Positions 27,663-41,436 of a stretch of 64,000 nucleotides of DNA are shown here, in pieces. The notes below the pieces were generated by a model that was given only the letters and a program-made list of their open reading frames with translations, ran no database searches and was not told the DNA's origin. Position 1 is the stretch's first letter; every line of letters starts with the position of its first letter. Source of the DNA: Eledone cirrhosa (taxonomy: Eukaryota); contig OZ024747.1 in assembly GCA_964016885.1 (NCBI GenBank), forward strand, positions 50,716,001 through 50,780,000, written 5' to 3'. The position numbers and the translations under genes are program-made.

Positions 27663-27687
27663 CGTGTGCGTGTGAATATACACGCAA

Positions 27688-27720
<33 letters not shown>

Positions 27721-28115
27721 GATATATGTGTAAATAAATACATTTCTCAAATGTTGACGGTGTGCCTAGCTTACTAGAACTTGGAACTATTTCAAAATTT
27801 GATGACCATCTCATCATATTTCGAAGACATGGTGTGAATCAACAACTACTTTATATCACTTATTCTCCGTTTGACTGCTATTTCCTGCAGATCAGTTGAT
27901 CAGAAGTGGCGTAAGTAATAACGAAGTAGTTGACGTGAGAGGGGAAACCGTATCGTAGTCTTGACTTATCTACTTATATCCTGCAATACGATGATTGTCT
28001 GATCAGGAACGGAAGATTATTCAAGCAGGTTGAGGCGCTGAGAAATATGGCCTGAAGCAGGGTCAACTGTTCAATGGTCTCAACAGTTGATAGACTATTG
28101 AAAAGTGTATCTATA

Positions 28116-28204
<89 letters not shown>

Positions 28205-28305
28205 ATGTGTGTGTGTGTGTGTGTCTATATATATATATATATGCATTGGTCAGTGTTAGGAAGGGAATGTGGAGTGGATAGAGATAGATAAGAAAAATAA
28301 CTATG

Positions 28306-28337
<32 letters not shown>

Positions 28338-28385
28338 TGTATGCAACTCTCTTTCTCTTTATATGTATATATATGTACATACACG

Positions 28386-28512
<127 letters not shown>

Positions 28513-28624
28513 ATGTATATATATATATATATATATCTTATTGTGTGTATGACTGCTATTTGGGAGAATGAGAGAGGCGAGTTAAGCTACCAGAAATAGA
28601 AAGAGATGAGATAGACGGAAATAA

Positions 28625-28679
<55 letters not shown>

Positions 28680-28949
28680 GAGAGAGAGACGCTACTTATG
28701 ATTAATCCAAAATTTTCAGTTAAACGCTATCAACATAATGGGGAACATAAACCGATTACTTATTGCAATTGTTCAATGGAGATTTGGAATAATGGAATAA
28801 CGGTATAATGGTATAATGGAATAAATGGAATAATGGAATGGTTTACAAGTAGTCGGGGACAGCGGTGGAGAGAGAATCAAGTGAAATCCGGTCTCTATAA
28901 AAATTGATTATTTAATAGAGATATTCAATTGCTTACACTAATATATATA

Positions 28950-29002
<53 letters not shown>

Positions 29003-29011
29003 TATAAATAT

Positions 29012-29086
<75 letters not shown>

Positions 29087-29480
29087 AAAGAGAGGGAGAT
29101 TAGATTTCGATGATAGTTTCATTTGTCTAACTAGGAACTATTTCGAAATTTGATTGATTTAGATTAATGATTTATGTCTGTATGTATAAATGTATATATG
29201 ATTATATGTATGTATATATATATGAATATATACATATGCGTACAAACATACATGTATACATACACAATACACAATACATACGTATATACATACATACACA
29301 CATACACATCTATACATATATACGTACGTATATATATATTTGTAATTTATTATACTTTTCAAATAGGATCTACTTTTTATTTAATATAATACAGATTTAT
29401 GGAACACACCACTTTTTCATTTACTCTCCGATTCTTTCTTTTCCGCCAGACACGTACGCACTTTATAAATATAAGCGTGC

Positions 29481-29552
<72 letters not shown>

Positions 29553-29560
<8 letters not shown>

Positions 29561-29775
29561 ATGCTTTGGGAGGGTCATATTGCAAATAAGAAACACACGC
29601 ACCAGTGCGTTCACTCCAATTTATTATAAATTTAATTTATAATAAATTGGAGTGAAAGCAACTGGTGCGTGTGTTTCTTATTGGCAACATGACCCTCCCA
29701 AAGCATAACAATATCGGTTTCAACACACGTTTTCAGATAAAGCATCTTGCTAAACAAATTCAGAAACGAAATATA
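29553..29775. mobile_element. ~160-bp palindrome plus tail, in (TA)n (second copy at 51949-52200)
   Basis: CTTTGGGAGGGTCAT..CACCAG..TTTATTATAAAT / ATTTATAATAAA..CTGGTG..ATGACCCTCCCAAAG; same unique tail in both copies. Confidence 0.75.
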
Positions 29776-29805
29776 TATATATATTTATGTACAGAGAGAG
29801 AGAAC

Positions 29806-29871
<66 letters not shown>

Positions 29872-29910
29872 ATTAAATAAATGGAAAACTATATTTATAA
29901 AACCATATTT

Positions 29911-29974
29911 ATTTCATTATATATATTTCGGGGATATCATATTAACAATATGCTATGCCTTCATCAGACAAAAT
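29911..29974 (-). ncRNA. Hammerhead ribozyme motif (type I)
   Basis: Minus strand: ATTTTGT-CTGATGA-AGG..CATATT(GTT)AATATG..CCC-GAAA-T(ATAT)A-TA/ATGAAAT. Confidence 0.62.
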
Positions 29975-30076
29975 ACAATATAAACAGTTTTATAGATAAA
30001 TAGATTCGACATACCGTTATAACACCGACTTTCCATATATATATATATATATATATTTATTAAAATAACAGATTAA

Positions 30077-30127
30077 ATTTTAAGCAAAGAATCGCTGCTT
30101 TCACCCTTAACGGGATCTTCTGAAACT
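30077..30127 (-). ncRNA. Hammerhead-like motif with CAGAAGA core variant
   Basis: Minus strand: AGTTT-CAGAAGA-T-CCC(GTTAA)GGG-T-GAAA-GCA(GCGATTCTT)TGC-TT/AAAAT. Confidence 0.55.
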
Positions 30128-30134
30128 AACAATG

Positions 30135-30320
30135 AGTTGTGGTAAGGAACCAGATGGACCAGAATGCACCAGAGTACTTAATACTCAGGGTAGTAGAGTG
30201 GGTAATAGGAAAATGTTTGACCCCGACGATAGAGCTCAAGCCGTTTCGACGGGTATTTCTGTCCAGAAATAGCCGTCGAAACTGCTTGAGCTCTGCCGTC
30301 GGGGTCACACATTTTCCCAT
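30135..30320. mobile_element. PLE-end fragment folded back within its HHR (related copy at 41435-41633)
   Basis: Palindrome at about 30208-30318 whose arms carry a GAAA..TTGAGCTC..GTC/GGGGTC half-HHR. Confidence 0.65.
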
Positions 30321-30750
30321 ATATATATATATATAAGAAATTGAGTATTTTTTTAATGAAAAAAAAAGCAAAAGAAAATACGAGATATCCTACGCGGGTG
30401 AAAATATAAGGAAAAGAAATAGAAAATGCAACTGCAGTCTTTTTAAGAATATTTATTTCCTTTACCGGTTTCACATTTCTTATGCTTTTCAAAAGTAAAA
30501 TTGGCATGGAGCGTTTGTGGTTTGTCTCGCATCTGGTTCGTGTTCGAAAGTTCTTTCTGCGTTATGTGGAACGAGTGGCTGGAATTGCTGGGGCTTTTTA
30601 AAAAAAGTAATTCGGTTGGTTGATGACTGTCACGTGAATAAATACATCAAATTTAGTTTCTCCCATGATTGGCCATATAATATAGGGGCCATAAAAGGAC
30701 GGTTTGTCATAGAATGTTTTGTGCTAAACAAAAGATAATGGTCAAATAAT

Positions 30751-30935
30751 TGTTTCTACTTTAGGCACAAGGCCAGCAAATACCCAGTGCATTACTGGTA
30801 CTTTATTTTATCGACCCCGTAAGGATGAAAGGCAAAGTCAACCTCGGCGGGATTTGAACTCAGATCGTAAAGGGACGTAACTATGCTGGAAAGCAAGGCG
30901 TCCGACCCTCTTCCGATACTGCCAATCCACCGCCC
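30751..30935 (-). mobile_element. Full-length tRNA-derived SINE with 12-bp target-site duplication
   Basis: A/B-box head plus Meta-like domain; TGGTCAAATAAT at 30739-30750 and 30936-30947. Confidence 0.9.
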
Positions 30936-31317
30936 TGGTCAAATAATGGTCAAATAATGGGAGGGGGATTAATAGTTCTGGTTCAGTGAGTATGGTTGAT
31001 GCCGTGCTGAGGTGTAAAAATTCAGACTATTGAAATAAATTGAATGTTTGTGTCAATAGTGGTGGCGGGGGCAGGATAGAAAAGGGAAATATATTTTTTT
31101 GTTTGTGTGCGGATGTGTGTGTGTGTGTGTAGCAAAGCGGTATATCGTTTTGGTAATAGAAATATAAATGATTCCATTAGTAGAAATGGAGAATGGTGTT
31201 ATGTGTGTTTGTATATGTGTGTGGTGGTGTGGTTAGCATGTTAAAGTGTTAAAATATTAGCGTATGTTAAATTATATTTAGCTCTGGTCTTTTATTTTCG
31301 AATATGGAGAAGGGTGT

Positions 31318-31404
<87 letters not shown>

Positions 31405-31437
31405 TTAGCATGTTATGGTGTTAAGATATTAACGTAT

Positions 31438-33204
31438 ATTAAACTATATTTAATGCTGGTTTTTATTTTTGAATAAACATATTTTCCTTATTTATTCGTA
31501 TTTGGTCTGTAGTGCAAAGATAAAGTGGGAAGACTTGGAATTTGGGTTTCTTATTGTTTGCGCATATGTCTAGATGTCCACTGAGTGGTATCTGTCTTGT
31601 GGTAGGGCCTTGTAATTGCTGGCGATGAATTGTCATTCTGTTTCTGGGGGTGAGTTTAGTTTGTCCTATATAATCTTCATTACATCCTGTACATTTAATA
31701 CATTTTTTGATAAAATAAAAATTTTGATGAATAAGTGAAATGATATTTTATAACAAAATTGTGTCCTGATTGAAATGTATACATTGTGCCTTAAATAAGG
31801 TGAGTGCAAGTTCCGCAATTAGCGTGACCACATGTTTTGACAGATGGTTTTGGGTTTGTGGTGGGTAATTTGGCTTTGGTGTGTGAATTTTTTTAGTGAT
31901 TTAAGTTGTCTTTTTCTTTTCAAGTGCTTTTTTCATTCTTGGGTCTTGTTTCAATAGTGGAATGTTCTTGTGAATAATGTTGTGTGCTTCCGTATCTCTT
32001 GGGTTGTATGTTGAGATATATGATAGAATATTGGGCGTACCATGAATTTGTTTCGGTTTTCGTAATTTTTCAATGTCTATTGCTTTAGCCCTTTCTATTC
32101 CATTATCTATTAGTAACGGTGGGTACTGTCTTTCGAGCAAAATTTCTTTTAATTCTTGGAGTTTTTTTATTCCGTGTTTCATAATTGGAGACAATTGTCC
32201 AAATTCTTCTTTGTAGATTAAAAGGGATTTTCGTCTTCGTATGCTGGAGGTGAATAGCAAGTATTGGAATCTGTTCGTTTGTAGTGGATGTCAATTTCAA
32301 TATTTGTGTCTTTTTTATGATTAAGATATCTAGAAATGGGAGTTGGTCTTGACTTTATTACATTGTGAATTGGATATGGTTATTGATGTTGTTAATTAAA
32401 TTTTTGAATTCATTTAGTTGGTCGAGTATGTGAGACTATAGAATAAGGCAGTAATCCAAGTAGCGTTTCCAATTCTCTGACAAATATTCGTCGAAGTTCA
32501 AGCGGTATTTTAATTTGAAATGTTCATATATCTGGATATCTGGACTTCCAAGTATGCCATGTCTAAGTTAGCGTAAGTTGGAGCGACTTTTGTACCCATC
32601 GCAGTCCCCGATATTTGTTTGTAAGTGCTGCCATCGAAATAAAAAAAATGTTGTTTGGTGAAATGAATTTTATTCCGTCAGTGATGAAGCTTTTTATCTA
32701 TTTTTTCTGGGATCTCATTGGAGTATTTTTCTAGCAAGAATCGTATTGCTTTTAGTCCGTATCGGTGTGGGATGGTCGTGTACAGGTTCACTACATCGAA
32801 AGAGACAATAGTAGTGTCGTTGTTGTCATGTTTGGGGAAGTGGTTTAAGAAGTCCAGGTCGTCTCTTATGTGTTTGAGAATGGGTTTTAGTAGTATCTCT
32901 ATAAGGTTGCTCAGTCTATGTGTTTCACATATGGGCCCGCTACAATTGATTTTTAATTTAAGGTCAGTGGGCTGTTGTATGTTTACGCAGGTTGGGGTGG
33001 ATTCTTTACAGGCATTGTTAATTGTTTTACACTCGTGGATCGGAAGTCCGTAAGGGTTAAATAATCACGTTCTTTCTGGTATTGACAAATGAATGCGATT
33101 AATCTGGTCATCGTTTTTGATTGCTGGTAGTTATTTACTCTTTCATAGTATTTAGTGTCTTGTAAGAGAGAAAATATAGTGTTTTTATACTGTTCAGCAT
33201 CCAT
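31438..33204 (-). pseudogene. Penelope-type RT-GIY-YIG polyprotein, frameshifted
   Basis: Motifs IVAGPICETHRLSNLIEILLKP, VSFDVVNLYTTIP, GTAMGTKVAPTYANL, WKRYLDY (degenerate YLDD), LPFLDILI, CGHANCGTCTH, CTGCNEDYIGQT, LSGHLDIC. Confidence 0.88.
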
Positions 33205-33246
33205 ATATCATAATTTCCATAAATTATAATTTCCTTTCTACTATTT

Positions 33247-33317
<71 letters not shown>

Positions 33318-33383
33318 TGTATGTATGTATGCACATATATACATATACATATACATAGACACACATACATATATGTATATATA

Positions 33384-33420
33384 CTAGTAGAGATACCCGG
33401 TTAATCATCGATGTATTTTT
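33384..33420 (-). mobile_element. Helitron-like 3' terminus fragment
   Basis: Minus strand ...ACCGGGTATCTCTACTAG|T resembles the 3' end at 40705-40733. Confidence 0.4.
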
Positions 33421-33569
33421 TCACACATTACAAAATTTGACTAATATAATAGATCCTCTGTATATTTTCAAAAAGCGTCTACGGAAACAAACTCATTAAT
33501 AACAATTATAGCCATCACTTTTCGAGCACTCTCAACGAATCAAGACAGATATATCCAGCAACAAACCCT

Positions 33570-34555
33570 AATCAGTAAAATTTTTCCTATACTGCCCGGC
33601 GAGATCTATATTCATATACTAACCAATAGAGTGGAAAACCTTATCAACAGAATGCAATGGAAAGCACATTTTTACAAGAATAATCATGTAAACTTACTAA
33701 ACAACACATTCAGAATTGATATACTTAACTACACACTGCGGATCAAAGGAGTCGAGAATTTAAAGCGGAACTCTTGAAAATAATGAACACAATAGGAATT
33801 TATTAAATATAATATCTTTCAACATAAATTAGATTCCGATAACACAACCGTTAAAAATTCTGCACATTTTCAAATGAGAGAAAAAAAAAGAAAGTATTAT
33901 GGATACATATGCTAAATACTTAATGCCCAACATCACAGAAAAATATAGGAAAACTAATAGAAATACCAACTATAAACTTAACGAAGGTAATAATAATTTA
34001 CACGACTCTTCAACTAGACAATGACGTACAGTATTTAACCAAACGCGAAACATATGTAACTTTTAAAGACCACAAGTTGGATTTCACAACAAGCTCCAAA
34101 TGTTGGTCTATAAATCTCAGTAACATTGAGCTGGCGGAAGCTAGCTCTCATATAACTAAATCACAACATTACAAATGATACAAGATTACAAACAACGGAA
34201 TAATTGGTGCTATAATTAACTGTGTTTGCAGGATTAGTGATAAAATTAGTTGTGAATTCATCTAGTTATATATTGTCAACATCTAAGCCCCTGCCTTACT
34301 GAGGCTCTGACATATAGTGATATTAACTATAGTGTTGTAAATATAATCATGCACGCCATGAAGTCATAGACTTTTGTAAGGGACGCAGCATGGATGAAAC
34401 AATTGATGATACATTTGTTGTGTTGATCGGCTGGTTTGCCGGAGCAGAGGTTGGGGTTCCAATTGAATTATTCATTCTAGATAGGCTTAAATCCAAATTT
34501 AACACCTCAGACATAGGCTTGGACAGGGATAATGGTTTAACTATTTTGAACAACC
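33570..34555 (+). pseudogene. Highly decayed PLE reverse transcriptase (YRDD-type group)
   Basis: Manual translation: VENLINRMQWKAHF; ETYVTFKDHKLDFTTSSKCWSIN; IMHAMKS; FAGAEVG...LFIL; DIGLDRDNGL, matching recalled PLE motifs RMRWKA, ITLKDHK, FDGAEVCEL and GLYRDDGL. Confidence 0.7.
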
Positions 34556-34789
34556 ACTACTATATCTAAACTTACAATCGCCATCATTACTACACCTAAA
34601 CCAACCACGGCAATCACATCAAGCTTCGACCACAACATTCATAACACTTAAAACTATCATCACAATAAGAACTATTCATAAAACTAGTCACAGCTATCAT
34701 TGCTCAGAGAATTACAATCAAATCTATGAACCTCTAACGTTTCTGTTGTTATCAAACTAACATCCAGTGATGTTATGTTATAACAACAT

Positions 34790-35960
34790 ATTTACTACCA
34801 CCACCTACATCACCACCACCACCACCACCTCCATCACCACCACCACCTACATCACCACCACCACCACCACCACCACCTCCATCACCACCACCGTCACCAC
34901 CTCCATCACCACCACCACCTACATCACCACCACCACAACCACCACTACCACCACCACCACCATCACCACCACCACCTACATCACCACCACCGTCACCACC
35001 TACATCACCACCACCACCTACATCACCACCACCACAACCACCACTACCACCACCACCACCACCATACCATCACGACGATCACCAATAACACTACAACTAC
35101 CATCACCACCACCACCTACATCACCACCACCACAACCACCACTACCACCACCATACCATCACCACCACCACCACAACCACCACTACCACCACCATACCAT
35201 CACGACGATCACCAATAACACTACAACTACCATCACTACCACCAACACCACCATCATCCCCCCAACCACCAGCACAACCTCTCCGCCACCACCAACAACA
35301 ACAATATACACATATTATCATTGTTGTTGTTATTAGTGGTGGTGGTGGAGATGGCAGTGTGTTGTTAGAGGTGGTGGTGGTGGAGGTAGTGTGTTGTTAG
35401 TCATGGTGGAGGTAGTTTGTTGGAGGTGGGTCGATGTTGTTGTTGTTAGTGGTGGTGGTGGTGGTGGTGTTGTTAGTGGTGGTGGTGGTGGTGGTGTTGT
35501 TAGTGGTGGTGGTGGAGGTAGTGTGTTGTTAGTCATGGTGGAGGTAGTTTGTTGGAGGTGGGTCGATGTTGTTGTTGTTAGTGGTGGTGGTGGTGGTGGT
35601 GTTGTTAGTGGTGGTGGTGGAGGTAGTGTGTTGTTAGTCATGGTGGAGGTAGTTTGTTGGAGGTGGGTCGATGTTGTTGTTGTTAGTGGTGGTGGCGGTG
35701 GTGTTGTTAGTGGTGGTGGTTCAATGTTGTTGTTGTTAGTGGGGTTGGTGGTGGTGGTGGTGATGTAGGTGGTGGTGGTGATGGTGGTGTGATGGCATTG
35801 TTGTTGTTGTTGGTGCTTATGGTGTGTAGTAGGGTGGTGGCGTAGTTGGTGGTATGTTGTTGTTGTTAGTATATTGTTATTGTTGTTGTTGATGTTGTTA
35901 TTGTTGTTGATGTCGTCACTGTCAAATGTGACGATTGTTTCATCATCTTTGTCATTCATT
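34790..35960. repeat. Low-complexity (ACC)n-derived tract followed by a (GGT)n-derived tract with ~120-bp internal repeats
   Basis: Strand polarity switches at about 35320-35335; GGAGGTAGTGTGTTGTTAGTCATGGTGGAGG...GGTCGATG occurs three times. Confidence 0.85.
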
Positions 35961-36330
35961 CATTATTTATTTATAGCATTTAATATCATTTCATTATCTA
36001 ATCAGATTCATAGTATTGAAATTGACATACCATTCTTTAATATCTTGTTGTTGATCTTCCTGTTGGTGTCGTTGTTGTTGGCGTTGTCATTGTTGTTGTC
36101 TTTTTCATATAACGTTTCCAATCATTCTCTGTCAGTGTTTAATGTATATTTTATGTATGGCCTCGTTCTATTTTTTAAACATTTCTCGGAAATAGAGAGA
36201 GCCGGTTTCTAACACAGGAATATAGCTTTTCTTTTACTGGAATTTAAACATCAACTAGGTAATTATACGCACCTAACTGCATGTACGTATACAGGTGTGG
36301 TTGTCAGTATGTGTGGATCTGTACGTTTTG

Positions 36331-36395
<65 letters not shown>

Positions 36396-36649
36396 AGTAA
36401 TTACCAAATATGGTTTTACATTATAGCCTTTTGTACTGGTTATTATAATAATTTACCGTATTTTGAGCTGTTTTAACTTCTCCACCTACTTCATTCCAGT
36501 TTTTACATTGCTATTTTAAAGACGATATTTTTTTCATATATATACATATGTATATATATGTATAACACGCATATGTTTCTATGAATCGAATTATTAGAAG
36601 CTAAACATTTGGAATATTTAAAATATTTTTGCATTTCCAGTAGAAGGTC

Positions 36650-38690
36650 ACTCTAATATAAAACTTGCAACTTCGCTTGTGTCCAATGATGTAGACCAGG
36701 TTTTCTTTTTAGACAGATACATTCGGTGTTCAGAGAATGGGATTGACCCTTTGCAAAGCGTTATGTCACTTAAAACAGCTTCAAGCATAAGCATTGCTTG
36801 ATATGTGACATTTTGTGCGATGCATGGTATTGCTGTCCATAGGCAACTCCGCAGCAGGACTAAAAAGCCACGTCCATGATGCTCACGTTTAAGTGTCAAG
36901 CGATAGCATTACTCGAAATTGAGTTGCAACCATCATGTATGTATGTATGTATGTATGTATGTATGTATGTATGTATGTATGTATGTCGGGTCACTCTTGA
37001 GTGCTACTGGTAACATGTAACCCAGTATGGCGACGAAACCGGCAACACCACCAAGTTTATTTGGTGAGGAGGGTGATTTTAGACACCCTGCAGGACAAAA
37101 AACAAAACCTGACAAAGGGCGGAAGAACTCATAAGAGTCAACGGCCATCCAAAAGTGTGTAAATATGTATATGCACATGTACATATGTATGTATATGTGT
37201 ATATACATGGGTGCATGTGTATGTATATGCGCGGGTACATAGAAATAGTTGGGCTGGACACCCGATCGCGCGGTTAAACCACTGTGAGTGAAGGACCCCT
37301 AGCATTTGTCAGGGCATTCTTCTAGGAGAAGGCAACTCAGGAAACTGGGATAACTCCGATATAAAACCTGCGGCTCAGTAGTTACTGATGATGTTCATCT
37401 TTTCTTATTTTCGGGTTATAGCTACTGTCGCTCAGACAGTGGGATTGGCTCAGTGCACAGTCTTTCCTCACTTTAAACAAATATCTTCACGCACAGGCAT
37501 TGCTCGAGAGAATTGATTAATAATTATTAATAATGGTATATCGTGCAATGGCCATATTCGATAACAAGGGGGCAGCCATCATGTATGTATGTATTTATGT
37601 ATATCGGCGGCGAAATGGCAGAGTGGTCAGAACGTCAGATAGAATGTTTTGTGCTATTCGTTTCGGCTCTCTGCACTCTGAGTTCAATTCATGCTGAGGT
37701 CAACTTTGCCTTTCATACATTCATACAACGGACCAGTCAAATAGTGGGGCCCAGTTCTTCCGCTACATCTCTTTCTCACTTTCAATCCTTCTCTGGACGA
37801 AATCTGCTGTAATCAGACCAGGAAAGGAGAAGGGCTGAGCCAGGTTTTAAAATTGCCCTTAAAAAGCTGTGTGCTAATATGGCGCCCCTACGACTCCCTC
37901 GGGAGTTGCGGGATTAAACACATAAAAATAACATGTATGTATGTAAGCATGTATGTATTTGTGTATGTATGCAGACATGTATGTGTGCGTGTATGTATGT
38001 ATGTATGTATGTAAAAACTAAACCTGTCAAAGGGCAAAGGAGCTCTTAAGAGTCAATGGCCATCCAAAATCACCGGGAGAGATGACCCCTTAGCCTTTGT
38101 CAAGGCAGAATTCTAGGAGAAGGAAAACTCTGATATAACACCTGCAACCCTGATGGTATCCAATGATGTTGACTTGTTCTTCTTTTTGGTAAATATCATC
38201 TTGGTTAAGAGAGTGGGACTGGCTTTGTGCAGTGCCTTTGCTCACTATAAAAGCTTCACGGCACAGGCATTGCTTTATATCTGGAGATCTCTCTGCACTT
38301 GTCGTCACATGGTATCATGGGCCCAGCACTATGTGTCAATAATTGTCACAAGTATAGTGTTTGTACCAGAGTTTTTAAGTCGCTGGCTGGACTAAAAAGT
38401 CACACTCGTTCAGCGCATCGGTAAGGGTTCTCCTACATGGATATAAAGTAGTGGCCGTACTCGAAAACGAGTTGGCAGCCACCATGTATATATATTATAT
38501 GTATGTATATATATTAAAGGGCAAAGGAGCTCTTAAGAGTCAATGGTCATCCAAAATCACCGGGAGAGATGACCCCTTAGCCTTTGTCAAGGCAGAATTC
38601 TAGGAGAAGGAAAACTCTGATATAACACCTGCAACCTTGATGGTATCCAATGGTGTTGACTTGTTCTTCTTTTTGGTAAATATCATGTAT
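36650..38690. repeat. Cluster of related interspersed-repeat fragments separated by (TATG)n; near-identical 171-bp direct repeat at 38029-38199 / 38516-38686
   Basis: AAAGGGC..AAGAGTCAA.GG.CATCCAAAA occurs three times and TTCTAGGAGAAGG.AACTC occurs three times. Confidence 0.7.
37606..37745 (+). mobile_element. Older tRNA-derived SINE copy
   Basis: GGCGGCGAAATGGCAGAGTGG (A box) ... GAGTTCAATTC (B box) ... CTTTGCCTTTCAT. Confidence 0.75.
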
Positions 38691-39329
38691 GTATGTGTAT
38701 GTATGTATATGTATGTATGTATGTATTTGTGTATGTATGCAGGCATGTATGTATGTGTGTGTGTGTGTATGTATGTATGTATTTGTGTATGTATGGAGGT
38801 GTGTATGTATGTTTGTGCGTATATTCTTCTGGTTTTATAATTTCACAAAGTTTTACCAATAGAGAGAGAGTCGGTTTCTAACATAGACACAAGACTCTCT
38901 CATTGGAATTTACACAACATCAACTAGGTAGATATGTATGTATGCATGCATGTGTAGATATGGATGTTATTGTATGTGTGCATGTGTATATGCTTTGTAT
39001 CTGTACATGTGTATATGCAGTTATTAGATGCAAAAGTTTTGGAATGTTTTGTATATTTTTACTGTTCCATTAATGGATTGTACTTGTAGTTTCCTAACTA
39101 GTTGTGTTCTTTCTGTTCCTGTGAAGCCCAGCTTCTCAAGATTTGTATTGGTGCAGTTACTAACATATCCCAGTGTCCTAATAATCACAGGTATAAATCT
39201 GAAGGTGTAATCAGAGTGGAGTATCTGCAGATTATGTATGTATGTACGTACGTATCAAAGAAAGGTATCCCCGTTGTTTCTTCCGCTCTTTCAGTCTCTT
39301 TGAATTACAAAATCTGAGGTAGATATTGC

Positions 39330-39510
39330 CTCATGGCCCCAGCCGACAGAATTAAAAGTTCCCATCCCCAGGGAGACACGTTGAAAGATCCAGTCCAACT
39401 TGTGTTTATTGTGGCAGGTGACCAACACTCTTTCGATTGCTGAATGTAGAGATGTAGTTCTGTGATCGAGAATGCTAGAAGTTTCCATCGCCATGTAGAT
39501 ACCGCATGAT
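39330..39510 (-). pseudogene. Decayed restriction-like endonuclease C-terminus (CRE-like non-LTR element)
   Basis: AMETSSIL...LDWIFQRVSL, paralogous to 46085-46440. Confidence 0.55.
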
Positions 39511-40219
39511 TTTAACCCCCCCCCCCCCCTCTCTCTTCTTCGCTCACTTATTCCTGTGATGGTCATGGGGGCAAACATCCTCCAACACTCCTTCCTTGTC
39601 AGAAGCAACCGTCTTCAACTGATCCAGCTGGATCCCCCAAGCGAGACAAACCAAGTTCATGGATGTTATCCAACTATCTTGCTCGGGGTCTACCCTTAGG
39701 TCTCCTACCTGTTGGTTTTGCCCATGAAATCTTTACAGCGATTTTAACTACTGTATGGATAATTGCTGCTTCATCCATACATTTCGAAATCTGTGACTTC
39801 TTGACATACGTGATGCTATATCTACATTTCTATTTCGAATATCATAATATGTCAAAATCCCAAGTCGTGGCAAGTAGGAAGAAAGTCTCTTGGACATTGA
39901 TGGGTAAAATTAATACATATTGAGATTGGTAGATTTGGGACTATTATTATCGTTAAATTTGCTAAAATTTGTTAATAGTGTGTAATTTTACCGTTGTAGC
40001 ACAAAAACCGACGCGGTTTTACAATTAGATTACAGATACAATTGATCTAACGGGCCTCCACGCACGTGGCTTGGATTGACTCTCAGATTTGATAACAGAC
40101 ATTTGCTAACGATAACACGCAATGGGATCGAACCCAGATCATCACAAATGCGAATAGAACTCCTTAGCTACTCAGTGACACTTGCATCCAATATACACAT
40201 ACACTTACATATACGCATA

Positions 40220-40732
40220 TCTATATACATAAATGGCAATTTCTTTCTGTTTGTTTGTGGATTCTTTTATGAACCTAAAACTCAAAAACTACCAAACCTA
40301 TCTTGATGAAACTTGACACGTATTTGGGGCTCATGCCCATTTGATTTCTTATGTATATTTCATTTTAATCAAAGGGTTCTCCGGGAGTTCAAACCCTTCC
40401 TGAAAATGTTTCCCTTCGATTTATATGAAATTTAAACCATAGGTAAATGACAAGATATTATGCCGATTCACAAAATTTCAGCAATGAAACCCCGTAATGG
40501 GGGTTCTATTTTTATCCTTATAGCAACACTCAACTTCTCTGACAAACATTTTTTCGCCTGACCAATGCAATCAACAATATTTATTTGTATTATTGTTTCG
40601 TAAATGAATTTGTCTTCGCTTTTGATTATCTGTCCTATATTTTGATTTCATTTTTGGTCTGAGAGGCATTGGTCATTTTAATGGGAACTGGGAATACCCC
40701 TGCTCCCAGGTATTACTGGGTACCTCAGCTAG
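40220..40732 (+). mobile_element. Non-autonomous Helitron
   Basis: A|TC 5' end, (TGTT)n, CTACCAAACCTATCTTGATGAAACTTG core, subterminal hairpin CCCAG..CTGGG (40705-40720), CTAG|T 3' end. Confidence 0.7.
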
Positions 40733-40733
40733 T

Positions 40734-40893
<160 letters not shown>

Positions 40894-41357
40894 GGAAGTA
40901 CAGCATATTCGAAGCCATAGCCTCAGCTAAGCTGACGAATGCATTCAGCAGTGCAGCCAAGCACTCAACATGGTATAGGACCTCAGAGTAATAACATACA
41001 GTTTAAAGGGCTTTGCAAAATGAAGAGAGCGACCCGTAATTTGGCCGGGGTCCGTAGCTACGAAAGAACTGACTAGTGAGAAAAAAATTCATACACATAT
41101 ACATATACATATATATATATATAAATATACACATATACACATATATATATATGATTCGCCAAGTAAACTATACATTCCCATACCCGCTAGCAAACTAGCA
41201 GGGAAGATTTGTTAAAAATAACCTCACTCAGAGGCGGGTGAGCAACGTGGCTGCATGTTACAATGTCCGTCCCTTGGTCAAAAACATAGCACACATATTT
41301 TCCTCTTCGTTTTTTTTTTAAAGGATATTCAACAGATTTTGCTCCTATAATTTCACT

Positions 41358-41434
<77 letters not shown>

Positions 41435-41436
<2 letters not shown>

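Larger units (their letters stand above)
30335..33245 (-). mobile_element. Decayed Penelope/Poseidon-like element (RT + C-terminal GIY-YIG) between (TA)n tracts
   Basis: Coding remnant at 31438-33204, 3' region with (CA)n and an inserted SINE, eroded HHR-like motif at about 30455-30500. Confidence 0.8.

Noticed and set aside
27740-28110. Possible Tc1/mariner remnant
   Set aside because: Only vague word-level resemblance; no DD34D/E motif or TIRs could be read.
30455-30500. HHR at the 3' end of the Penelope remnant
   Set aside because: The shape fits (GCAT/ATGT stem II, GAAAC-CG-GTA) but the core is TTGAAAA; too degenerate to list as a ribozyme.
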